Source: Polyangiales bacterium (GTDB lineage Bacteria; Myxococcota_A; Polyangia; Polyangiales; JADJQN01). Taken from it: 64,000 nucleotides of DNA. A program made the position numbers and the translations under genes. How positions within the stretch are numbered: position 1 is the first letter of the stretch; each line of letters starts with the position of its first letter. A model generated the notes under the pieces. That model saw nothing but the letters and a program-made list of their open reading frames with translations, was not told the origin of the DNA and did no database searches. Positions 8,933 to 17,489 of the stretch are shown here, one piece after another. The DNA is taken from contig CAXNJO010000013.1 of NCBI GenBank assembly GCA_964202905.1, positions 1-64,000 of the forward strand, written 5' to 3'.

Positions 8933-9040
8933 GCGGCGGAACGACGTGCGCGACGCGCCAACGTGCGCGACACGCGACCGCCAGCGACGCGCGACCGCCA
9001 GCGACGCGCGACCGTCAGCGACGCGCGACCGTGAGCGAGG
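8933..9040. repeat. 17-bp-period tandem repeat, consensus GCGACGCGCGACCGYCA
   Basis: Four well-conserved units at 8967, 8984, 9001 and 9018, plus degenerate units at 8950 and 8933. Confidence 0.75.
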
Positions 9041-9094
9041 TGGCGGGCCGCACGGGGTCTCCCCGCGGGCCACGGCGCATCGCGCGGCGGATCG

Positions 9095-9490
9095 TCAGTT
9101 GAGGGTGTGCGGCAAGCGCAGGTCGAAGAGCGCGATCGCCGCGTCGAACCGCTCGCCCGTGCTCGGCACGAGCATCTGGTAGCTGCCGCGCATCGTGCCG
9201 CTCGGCGTGCCGAGCTCGCAGCCGCTCGTGTACTCGAAGCCCTGACCGGGGACGAGGACGGGCTGCGCGCCGACGACGCCCGCGCCGCGCACCTCCTCGA
9301 CACGTCCGTCGCCGTGCGTGATGACCCAGTGGCGGCTCTCGAGCTTCACCGTCTCGCGGCTCTCGTTCTCGATGCGGATCGTGTAGGCGAAGCGATAGCG
9401 CCGAGCGCGCGGGCTCGACTGGTCCTTGAGGTAGGCGCTCCGCACGGTGACGCGGACGCCTCGGGTTGTCGCGGTGGACATGGCGCTCAT
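9095..9490 (-). CDS. apaG: ApaG (Co2+/Mg2+ efflux-associated) protein
   Basis: YRFAYTIRIEN...SRHWVIT..GRVEEVRGAGVVGAQP...FEYTSGC.L.TP.GTMRGSY. Start at 9490 or 9481. Confidence 0.93.
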   Translation of the reverse strand: MSAMSTATTRGVRVTVRSAYLKDQSSPRARRYRFAYTIRIENESRETVKLESRHWVITHGDGRVEEVRGAGVVGAQPVLVPGQGFEYTSGCELGTPSGTMRGSYQMLVPSTGERFDAAIALFDLRLPHTLN

Positions 9491-9730
9491 CCTGGGGCGG
9501 TCCCGGCGCTGCGCCAGGGGGTGAGCGCACGTTGACGGCTCACCCAGCACGAATCGCCGGCCGCGAAGCGAAGAAGCGCGGCGCGATCACGCGGGCTCGC
9601 GTAGTCGATCCCGATCCGCGGCCCGACGACGATGCTGGAGGGCGGCTCGCCCGCGCAGAGTTCGAGCCCCCCCGCGAGACAGAGCGGATGGCCGCTCCAC
9701 GTCGGATCGGCCCAGGACGGATGGCCGCAG
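9487..9730 (-). pseudogene. 3' remnant of a 3-methyladenine DNA glycosylase (Mpg family)
   Basis: Minus frame reads ...WSGHPLCLAGGLELCAGEPPSSIVVGPRIGIDYA...LRFAAGDSCWVS, an Mpg-like C-terminal GPRIGI...RF...WVS pattern. Stop overlaps the apaG ATG; N-terminal two thirds are absent. Confidence 0.6.
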
Positions 9731-9815
9731 GCAGGGCCCGCTCGTCGCCTCCCCCGCAGACCGACGCTCCTGCCCACACGACACGAAACCCAGCAGCTCA
9801 GACCGCACGAAAGCG

Positions 9816-9847
9816 AAAAGGCCGGCCGCTCGCGCGGTCGGCCTCTT
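9816..9847 (-). terminator. Intrinsic terminator of the tRNA-Gln/Glu unit
   Basis: AAGAGGCCGACCGC-GCGA-GCGGCCGGCC-TTTTCGCTTTC on the minus strand. Confidence 0.7.
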
Positions 9848-9947
9848 CTGCAACCGGTCTCTGCGCTCACCCGCAGCGACCCTGACACCGGACATGTTGC
9901 GTGATTGCGCATGGCGCAATGACGACCGGCGTGACTTCGAACCCTGC

Positions 9948-10022
9948 TGGTGACCCCAAGCAGATTTGAACTGCTGTTCTCGGCGTGAGAGGCCGATGTC
10001 CTAACCACTAGACGATGGGGCC
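9948..10022 (-). tRNA. tRNA-Glu(CTC)
   Basis: GGCCCCATCGTCTAGTGGTTAGGACATCGGCCTCTCACGCCGAGAACAGCAGTTCAAATCTGCTTGGGGTCACCA. Confidence 0.96.
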
Positions 10023-10131
10023 CTCGACGAACGTGCACCGGGGCTTTCGCGGTGCGTGCTTGCAACGTGGGGAGCGGACTCGAACGCGAAGGAAGACTAC
10101 TTACAGCGAGCGGGCGAAACAAAAACAAGCC

Positions 10132-10204
10132 GGCTCGGGGACAAGGATTCGAACCTTGATAGCCAGATCCAGAGACTGGCGTCCTGCCATTAGACGATCC
10201 CCGA
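10132..10204 (-). tRNA. tRNA-Gln(CTG)
   Basis: TCGGGGATCGTCTAATGGCAGGACGCCAGTCTCTGGATCTGGCTATCAAGGTTCGAATCCTTGTCCCCGAGCC; the genomic 3' end is CCG, not CCA. Confidence 0.94.
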
Positions 10205-10238
10205 AGACTCTGGGGCGTCGCCCCGTGGAGGCGCGCAC

Positions 10239-10267
10239 TGTCTACAATCGAGTCCCTCCACTGTCAA
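10239..10267 (-). promoter_or_regulatory. Sigma70-type promoter for tRNA-Gln/Glu
   Basis: TTGACA-N17-TAGACA, the same hexamers as at tRNA-Asp. Confidence 0.6.
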
Positions 10268-10317
10268 GCGACGCCGGCGCCGAGACCTCCATTTTGACGT
10301 CGCGGCTGGTTCTTGAG

Positions 10318-10346
10318 TTGACGCATCAACAATCGGGGAATAACGT
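10318..10346 (+). promoter_or_regulatory. Sigma70-type promoter of the nitrite/sulfite reductase, probably leaderless
   Basis: TTGACG-N17-TAACGT ending 8 nt before ATG 10355. Confidence 0.6.
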
Positions 10347-10354
10347 CCGGCCCC

Positions 10355-12643
10355 ATGCCGACGACCTGGAGAGACGCCCTCGAGGGCCATCTACCGCCCG
10401 ACCTCGCGCGCGAGATCGACATCTTCGAGACGGAGCTCGAGCTGCGCAAAGCCGGCAAGCTCGAGGAGCGGCTCTTCGCCGAGACGCGCCTGCGCCGCGG
10501 CGCGTACGGCCAGCGCTACGACAACGGCAAGCGCCACGACGGGATCGCGCAGCAGACGATCGCCTTCCCCTCCGGCGCGCTCACGAAGGGCCCGGAGACG
10601 CTGTGGGACGCGCCCGGGATGATGCGCATCAAGATCCCCTACGGCGGCCTCACCGCGCCGCAGCTCGAGGTGCTCGCCGACCTCGCCGAGGAGTACTCGG
10701 ACGGCATCGCGCACATCACGACGCGGCAGGACTTCCAGCTCCACTTCATCCACATCGACGACACGCCGGACCTCATGCGCCGGCTCGCGGCCGTCGGGAT
10801 CACGACGCGCGAGGCGTGCGGGAACAGCGTCCGCAACATCACCGCGTGCCCGCTCAGCGGCGTCTGCAAGACGGAGCCCTTCGACGTCACGCCGTACGCG
10901 CGCGCCCTCGCCTTTTTCCTGCTCGGGCACCCGGACACGCAGGACTTCGGCCGCAAGGTGAAGATTGCGTTCAGCGGCTGCGTGGACGAGGCCTGCGCGC
11001 TCGTGAGCATCCACGACATCGGCGCCATCGCCGTCATGAAGGATGGCAAGCGCGGCTTCGACTTCTACGTCGGCGGCGGGCTCGGCTCGGTGCCGCAGCA
11101 GGCGAAGCTGCTCGCGCCCTTCGTCAGCGAAGAAGAGTTGCTGCCGCTCTCGCAGGCCGTGAGCCGCGTGTTCGCGCGGCTCGGCGAGCGCAACAACCGG
11201 GCGCGCGCGCGGCTGAAGTTCGTCGTCTCGAAGCTCGGCATCGAGGAGTTCCGGCGCATCGTGTTCGAGGAGCGCGCGAAGCTGCCCGAGGACCCGCGCT
11301 GGACCTCGTGGCTCGCGGACCTCTCGATCACCGACGAGCGCCCGCTGCGGCCCGCTGCCCTGCTCCGCAAGCGCGCGTACCCCGAGGGCTTCGAGGCGTG
11401 GCGCGCGACCAACGCGCGCGCGCAGCGGCAGGCGGGCTACAGCGTCGCGACGGTGACGTGCCCGCTCGGCGATCTCACGGGCGCGCAGCTGCGCGGGCTC
11501 GCGGATCTCGCGCGGGCGCACTGCGGCGACACCATCCGCCTCACGATCGAGCAGAATCTCGTGTTCCGCTGGGTGGCCGACGACGACTTGCCGAAGCTCT
11601 ACGAGGGCCTCCGCGCGCTCGGCCTCGCGCAGGCGTGGGCGGGGACGATCGTCGACGTCACGGCGTGCCCGGGCACCGACACCTGCAAGCTCGGCATCTC
11701 GTCGTCGCGCGGGCTCGCGGGCGAGCTCCGCACGCAGCTCGCCGAGCAGGCCGTGCAGCTCGACGAGGCCGTGCGCGATCTGCGCATCAAGGTCTCGGGC
11801 TGCTTCAACAGCTGCGGGCAGCACCACGTCGCCGATCTCGGCTTCCTCGGCGTGAGCCGCAACGTGAACGGGCGGCGCGTGCCCAACTTCCAGGTCGTGC
11901 TCGGCGGGCAGTGGACGCAGAACGGCGCGAGCTTCGGGCTCGCGGTGGGCTCGGTGCCGAGCAAACGCATCCCCGAGATCGTGCGGCGCTTCACCGAGCG
12001 CTTCGCGAAGGAGCGTCAGGAGGGCGAGAGCTTCCAGACCTTCACGCGGCGCCTCGGCAAGCTGGAGCTGCGCAAGATGCTGGAAGATCTCGTGACGATG
12101 CCGGCCTACGCCGACGCGCCGGAGCTCTTCCGCGACTGGGGCGACGCGCGCGAGTACTCGAACGGCGACATCGGCGTCGGCGAGTGCGCAGGCGAGGTCG
12201 TGCCCTTCGTCGAGTTCGGGCTCGCGGCCGCTGAGCGCGAGGTCTTCGAGGCGCACGTGCTGCTCGAGAAGAGCGAGCCCGAGCCCGCCGCGAGGAAGGC
12301 GCACCGCGCGATGCTCACCGCGGCGCAGGCGCTCGTGCGGCACGTCGGCGGCTTCGTCGGCGACGAGGGCGCGGAGATCGTCGCGGCCTTCCGCGCGCAC
12401 CTCGTCGAGCCGAAGCTGTTCTGGGATCCGTACGCGGGCGACAAGTTCGCGCACTACCTCTTCAAGGTCGACGCGCTCGGCTTCGCGAACCTCGACGAAG
12501 AGCGCGCGCACCAGCGCATCGAGGAGGCGCAGCTCTTCATCGACGCCGCGCACCAGGCCTACGGGCGCATCGCCGAGCAGGCCGCGCGCGCCGCGGCCGC
12601 ACAGCGCAGCGCGGCGGAAGCCAGCCCCGCGGAGGCCGAGTGA
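10355..12643 (+). CDS. Ferredoxin-type nitrite/sulfite reductase (siroheme, 4Fe-4S) with extra C-terminal helical domain
   Basis: RLRRGAYGQR, MMRIKIPYG, HITTRQDFQLH, EACGNSVRN, ACPGTDTCKLG...KVSGCFNSCGQHH. Confidence 0.92.
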   Translation: MPTTWRDALEGHLPPDLAREIDIFETELELRKAGKLEERLFAETRLRRGAYGQRYDNGKRHDGIAQQTIAFPSGALTKGPETLWDAPGMMRIKIPYGGLTAPQLEVLADLAEEYSDGIAHITTRQDFQLHFIHIDDTPDLMRRLAAVGITTREACGNSVRNITACPLSGVCKTEPFDVTPYARALAFFLLGHPDTQDFGRKVKIAFSGCVDEACALVSIHDIGAIAVMKDGKRGFDFYVGGGLGSVPQQAKLLAPFVSEEELLPLSQAVSRVFARLGERNNRARARLKFVVSKLGIEEFRRIVFEERAKLPEDPRWTSWLADLSITDERPLRPAALLRKRAYPEGFEAWRATNARAQRQAGYSVATVTCPLGDLTGAQLRGLADLARAHCGDTIRLTIEQNLVFRWVADDDLPKLYEGLRALGLAQAWAGTIVDVTACPGTDTCKLGISSSRGLAGELRTQLAEQAVQLDEAVRDLRIKVSGCFNSCGQHHVADLGFLGVSRNVNGRRVPNFQVVLGGQWTQNGASFGLAVGSVPSKRIPEIVRRFTERFAKERQEGESFQTFTRRLGKLELRKMLEDLVTMPAYADAPELFRDWGDAREYSNGDIGVGECAGEVVPFVEFGLAAAEREVFEAHVLLEKSEPEPAARKAHRAMLTAAQALVRHVGGFVGDEGAEIVAAFRAHLVEPKLFWDPYAGDKFAHYLFKVDALGFANLDEERAHQRIEEAQLFIDAAHQAYGRIAEQAARAAAAQRSAAEASPAEAE

Positions 12644-13176
12644 TGCAGCCCGAGCGCCTCCACGTGAAGCTCTTCGCCGAGGGCGACGCGCGCCCCACGC
12701 ACGACGCGATCATCGCCGCGCTGCACGGCTTCATCCAGCAGCGCACGCTCGACGAGACGCTGATCGACGTGACGGACTACGCCCACGTCGCGGGCGGGCC
12801 GGGTGTGCTTCTGCTCGCGCACGCCGCGAACTACGGGCTCGGCGACGACTTCGGCCGCTACGGGCTGCTCTACGCGCGCAAGCGCGACGCTGTGGGCACG
12901 CTCGCGGAGCGGCTCACGGACGCGCTCCGCCGCGCGCTCGTCGCCGCCGATCGGCTCGAAGCAGCGCTCGACGGCAGCCTGCGCTTCTCGCGGCGCGAGC
13001 TGCGGGTCGCCATCCCCGATCGCCTGCGCGCACCGAACGACGACGCGACGTACGCCGCCGTCGTGCCGGCGCTCGAGGCCGCGCTCGACGTGGTGTTCCC
13101 CGGCGTGAACGCGACGATCACGCGCGCCGGCGAGCCGCGCGAGGCGCTTGGCCTGCACGCGCGACTCGCGGAGTGA
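12640..13176 (+). CDS. Hypothetical protein translationally coupled to the reductase
   Basis: GTGA/TGATG overlap with the reductase stop; good codon bias; motif LIDVTDYAHVAGGPGVLL. Confidence 0.8.
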   Translation: MMQPERLHVKLFAEGDARPTHDAIIAALHGFIQQRTLDETLIDVTDYAHVAGGPGVLLLAHAANYGLGDDFGRYGLLYARKRDAVGTLAERLTDALRRALVAADRLEAALDGSLRFSRRELRVAIPDRLRAPNDDATYAAVVPALEAALDVVFPGVNATITRAGEPREALGLHARLAE

Positions 13177-13217
13177 CGCATTGCGTCATGGCATGACCAC
13201 GGCGGTGTTCGCGCGGG

Positions 13218-15224
13218 TCACGGGCAGCCGAGCACGAGGCTCAGCGTCGAGAGGTCGCGGTTGAGGATGGCGCGCCCGGCCGGCAACGACGTGCGCCCGC
13301 CGATCGTGGTCGTCGGCGTCGCGACGCCCACCGAGCTGATGCCCGCGAAGGCGCTCACGACGCGCCCCGTGCCCTGCCGCGCGAGCGTCGCGAGCGTGTA
13401 CCGCGAGGACTCGACGCTCGTCGCCGCGTAGACGACCGTCACGGCGCCCGCGGCGATGTCGAGCGCGAGCGGCGTCGCGCCGACGACGGTGGGCGCCGTC
13501 GGGAACGTCGCGACCGTCTCGGGGCTCACGCGCTCGGCGCTCATCGCGCGCGCGGCGCCGCTGCCCGTGAGGCGGAAGGACTGCAGGCGCGCCGTCGTCG
13601 CCTCGAGCCAGGCGAGCGCCAAGACGCCGCTCGCCGCATCGAAGGCGAGCGCGGGATACGCGTCGTCGGTGGCGTTGACGGTGCGGAACGGCGCGCCGTC
13701 GAGCGCGGTGCCGCTCGCCGCGATGCCTTGCAAGAACACCTCACGATCCGTCTCGGCAGCGAGATCTTCGGAGTACGCGATGGCCCAGCCGCCCGCCGGC
13801 GCCGCGCTTAGATCGAAGACGCGGAAGCCGAGATCATTGCCATCGACGAGCAGGGTGTTCGCGGTGTCGGCGACGAGCGCCGTCGAGGTGCGGACGCCGT
13901 AGAGGTCCTGCCCCGACGCGTACGCGAAGAGCAGCCGATCGCCGCTCGCCGCGACGTCGATGGCCGAGAGGATGCCCGGCGGATCGACGACGAGCGTCGC
14001 CGTCGCCGGGAAGGCGAGCGTCGCGAGGGGCGCGCGCTTCGCGTAGATCTCGCCACCGGTCGCCCAGGCCACGACGACGTCCGCCCCGCTCAGCGTGATG
14101 GCGGCCGGATAGCTCGTCGCGACGAGGGTGATGGGGCTGCCCGTCGGCGTCATCGTCGCATCGAGCGCGCGCACGACGACGCCCGCGCTCGCGGTGACGG
14201 TGAGCGCCGCGAAGACGCTGCCGTTGCCGACGATCTGCACGCGCGTCGCGCCGGGCTGCGCGAGGTCGGTCGAGGTGGCCCAGGCGAGCGCGGACGTCTC
14301 GTCGATGAGCCCGTCGCAGTCCTCGTCGAAGCGGTTGCAGACCTCGGCGGGCGCCATGCACGCCGAGGCGGGAGGCAGGGCGCACGTGGCCGTGCACGCG
14401 TTCACGCCCGTCGAGCCGCAGCTCGTGACGCAGCCCTGCGTGCTGCCGCCGACGCAGGCGAACGTCTCGTCGGGCATGAGGTCGCAGTCGTCGTCGCGGC
14501 CGTTGCAGAGCTCCGTCGCCCCCGTGTAGACGCCCGCGGCCATGTCGTCGCAGTCGAGGTCGTTCGCGACGAAGCCCGGAGGCGCCTCGCAGGCAGCCAT
14601 CATGGAAGAGGGCAGGCCGCGGCCATCGCCATCCGCGTCGCGGTAGAACGACGTGGTGACGCCCTCGTCGGTGCTGCCGTCGCAGTCGTCGTCGATCGCG
14701 TTGCACGCCTCCGACGCAGCGGGGTTCGTCGCGGTGCGACCGTCGTCGCAGTCGCCCCCGGCGCGCGCGCGGCCCATCGGGACATCACAGCCCGTCGCGG
14801 CGGTCGCGTCGTCGCCGAAGCCGTCGGCATCGACGTCGGCGTAGGAGGTCACGGGCGGCAGGCCCTCGTCGGCGGTGCCGTCGCAGTCGTCGTCGCGGCC
14901 GTTGCACGTCTCGTCGACGGCGACGCACGCGTCGACGCCGAGATCGGGCGCACCGAGGTCCACCTCCCCGGCATCGGCAAGCGCGGCGTCCACGGGCGCG
15001 TCCGCATCGGGAGGCGGTGAGGCGTCCTCCGGGAGCCCCGCGTCGCCGAGGTCGACAGGCGCGCTCGCATCCGCGGCCACGCAGCGATCGGCGGCCGCGC
15101 GTGTGCCCGGCGGACACGCGTCGCTGGCCTCGCACGCCGCGAGCGCGAGCGCCGCCGCGGACAGCGCCGCGAGCGCGAGGAGGACGTGCAAGGGGCGAAC
15201 AAGGTGAGGACAATGAGCGGACAT
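13218..15224 (-). CDS. Lipoprotein with MopE-like putative metal-binding repeats and a beta-rich C-terminal domain
   Basis: Lipobox LAAC; four E.CNxxD(D/E)DCDG-type repeats; YxDxDxDGxG motifs. Confidence 0.85.
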   Translation of the reverse strand: MSAHCPHLVRPLHVLLALAALSAAALALAACEASDACPPGTRAAADRCVAADASAPVDLGDAGLPEDASPPPDADAPVDAALADAGEVDLGAPDLGVDACVAVDETCNGRDDDCDGTADEGLPPVTSYADVDADGFGDDATAATGCDVPMGRARAGGDCDDGRTATNPAASEACNAIDDDCDGSTDEGVTTSFYRDADGDGRGLPSSMMAACEAPPGFVANDLDCDDMAAGVYTGATELCNGRDDDCDLMPDETFACVGGSTQGCVTSCGSTGVNACTATCALPPASACMAPAEVCNRFDEDCDGLIDETSALAWATSTDLAQPGATRVQIVGNGSVFAALTVTASAGVVVRALDATMTPTGSPITLVATSYPAAITLSGADVVVAWATGGEIYAKRAPLATLAFPATATLVVDPPGILSAIDVAASGDRLLFAYASGQDLYGVRTSTALVADTANTLLVDGNDLGFRVFDLSAAPAGGWAIAYSEDLAAETDREVFLQGIAASGTALDGAPFRTVNATDDAYPALAFDAASGVLALAWLEATTARLQSFRLTGSGAARAMSAERVSPETVATFPTAPTVVGATPLALDIAAGAVTVVYAATSVESSRYTLATLARQGTGRVVSAFAGISSVGVATPTTTIGGRTSLPAGRAILNRDLSTLSLVLGCP

Positions 15225-15274
15225 GGTTCCTCCTCGGGGGCAACGCGGGCTTCTGCAGCGAAGGCGCCGCGGGC

Positions 15275-16364
15275 TCAGAGCGTGCAGAACGGCGTCGTCA
15301 CCGACAGGTTGCAGGCCGTTCCGTTGCGACAGTCATCGTCGCTGCCGCACGGCACCGTGCAGCGGTTTGTCGTCGAGCCCGCGGCGCGGCAGAGGCCGTC
15401 GTCGAGGCCCTCGACGCCGCAGCGCGCGTCGCCCGCGGCATCGAGCGTCATGCAGTTCGTGGCCCGGTAGGCGTTGAGCGCCGGGCACGTCGTCAGCGCG
15501 AGGCCGCACACCGCGTGCGGCGACGCCGTCGACGCTCGTCGCGGTCTGTTCGCGCACGTAGGGGCGCGTCGTGAAGCAGTCGCCGGCGGGCGCCCCGGTG
15601 CCCGTCGCGTCGAGGCGCCAGAGGCAGAACTTGCCCGCGGGGGCCATCGTGCTGCCGAAGGTCGTCGGCACGCAGAGCTGACCGGCGGCGCACTGGGCGT
15701 CGGCGACGCAGGGCTGGCAGAGGCCCGCGCTGCCGGCGGCGAACGTCGTGCAGGTGTTCGTTGCGCCGTCGCAGACGTTCGCGGCGCACGCCGTGCGGTC
15801 AGCCGCGGTGCACGCCACGCACGCGCCCGAGGTCGTGTTGCACACCTCCGTGCCGGTGCGCCCGGCGCACGCCGTGCTCGCCGTGCAGGCGACGCACGTG
15901 TTCGTCGCCGTGTCGCACTGGGGCGCCGCGAGGCTCGGGCAGTCGGCGTCGGCGAGGCAGGCGACGCACGCGTTCGCCGCGGTGTCGCACACCGGCGTCG
16001 GGCCCGCGCAGGCCGTCGCGTCCGACGCCGTGCACTGCACGCATGTGTTCGATGCGACGTCGCACACCGGCTCGGCGCCCGCGCAGGCCGTCGCGTCCGA
16101 CGCCGTGCACTGCACGCACGTGTTCGATGCGACGTCGCACACCGGCTCGGCGCCGCTGCACGCGCCGCCGCACGGGCCCGCGTCCGGCGGACCCGCGTCG
16201 CTGCCGAGATCCGCGCCGAGGTCCGCGCCGAGATCGGCGGCCGGGAGCGGGACGCAATCGGGACCGGATTCGGTGAAGCCGTCGGCGCACGTCTCCTTCA
16301 CGGGGCAGCCCGCGAGCAGGAGGGCACAGAGACTCGAAGCGAGCAGGGACACGGTGTTGCGCAT
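15275..16364 (-). CDS. Cys-rich repeat lipoprotein, frameshifted near 15515 (~362 aa if one base is removed)
   Basis: MRNTVSLLASSLCALLLAGC lipobox; PVCDxxxNTCVxC repeats; the Cys-rich sequence continues in the 15275..15511 frame (VCGLALTTCP...). Confidence 0.8.
16006..16155. repeat. Near-perfect 75-bp intragenic tandem duplication
   Basis: 16006-16080 and 16081-16155 are almost identical and encode two copies of GAEPVCDVASNTCVQCTASDATACA. Confidence 0.9.
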
Positions 16365-16388
16365 GGATTCCTCAGAGAATCTGGGCAT

Positions 16389-17489
16389 TTAGAAGAAGAG
16401 CGAGGGACCGGCGGGCGCGTGCGCGAGGCGGGGCGCCGCCGGCTCCTCCGCGAGCAGGTACCAGAGGACCGCGCCGATCACGGCCCCCAGGCCGAGCGCT
16501 CCATAAAGCACGAAAGGCGCGGGATCGAGGCTCCGCACGACGCCGGGCCCCGGATCGCCGCCGAGGACCACGAGCGCGCCGACGTCCACGGAGAGCAGCG
16601 CGACGCCCGCGATCCCGAGCGCCAGTGGCCCGAACACCGGACGCGACCCCGACCCGGCGACGCGCGGCGACGCATCCATCCCGCGCACCGCACCGCCCCC
16701 GGGGGCGATCGCCGCGTCGGCCCCGGCGCGCTGTGGGGCACGCGGGGCGTCGGCGCGCGCCGCAGCGCTCGCGGACGCGGCGGCCGAAGTGATCGGTGCG
16801 GGCGACTCGGGCGCGAGGCGGAGCGCGATCGTCACCGGCTCGGCGACGAGCGCGACGACGCGGCGCGCGGCTTCGCGGCCCACATGCCCCGCGACGATCA
16901 CGTGCGACCCAGCCGGGAGCACGCCCTCCCACGGCGCGCGTCCGAGCGGACGCCCATCGAGGGTCAGCGCAGCCCCGTCCGGATCGACCGTGACACGCAG
17001 CCGGACGCCCACGCGCCGGGTGCCCCCCGCGAGCGCCGCGTCGAGGGCGGCGCGCACCGCCGCCGCGAGGCCGCCCGCCGCGACGGGAGACGTCCCCGAC
17101 GACTCCGCGGCGCCATCGCGACGCGCGATCGCCACCACCACCTCGCGCGCCGCGCCTCGGCCATCGGACCAGAGCGTCAGCTCGACGACGCCCGCGACCT
17201 CGAGCGCCGCGAACACCGCCGGGGCGCACTCGAGCGTCGCGCACGGCGCAGCGCCGCTCGCCTCGAGTCGCCGCCCGACCTCGGCCGGCGGCGTCGCCCG
17301 GTGGCCGGCCGCGCGCACCGCCGCGAGCAGCGCCGCACCCGCGCGATCGCGCGTCTCCGCGCCGAGATCCTCGGAGCCCGGCGCCGCGAGCACGGCGAAG
17401 GCCTCGGCGCGCGCAACCCGCCCGCCGAGCAGCGACGCGGCGAGGACGACGACGACCGCGCCCAGCGCACGACACGCCGCGCGGTTCAC
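16389..17489 (-). CDS. PEGA-domain membrane protein
   Basis: Signal peptide; LRVTVDPDGAALTLDGRPLGRAPWEGVLPAGSHVI (PEGA); two C-terminal TM helices; GTG start overlaps the upstream TGA. Confidence 0.8.
   Translation of the reverse strand: MNRAACRALGAVVVVLAASLLGGRVARAEAFAVLAAPGSEDLGAETRDRAGAALLAAVRAAGHRATPPAEVGRRLEASGAAPCATLECAPAVFAALEVAGVVELTLWSDGRGAAREVVVAIARRDGAAESSGTSPVAAGGLAAAVRAALDAALAGGTRRVGVRLRVTVDPDGAALTLDGRPLGRAPWEGVLPAGSHVIVAGHVGREAARRVVALVAEPVTIALRLAPESPAPITSAAASASAAARADAPRAPQRAGADAAIAPGGGAVRGMDASPRVAGSGSRPVFGPLALGIAGVALLSVDVGALVVLGGDPGPGVVRSLDPAPFVLYGALGLGAVIGAVLWYLLAEEPAAPRLAHAPAGPSLFF

Noticed and set aside
13174..13197. TGACGCA-T-TGCGTCA palindrome and the TGACGCAT shared with 10319, read as boundaries of an inserted reductase cassette
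   Set aside because: An 8-bp match is expected by chance and there is no mobility gene; more likely a terminator-like hairpin between convergent genes.
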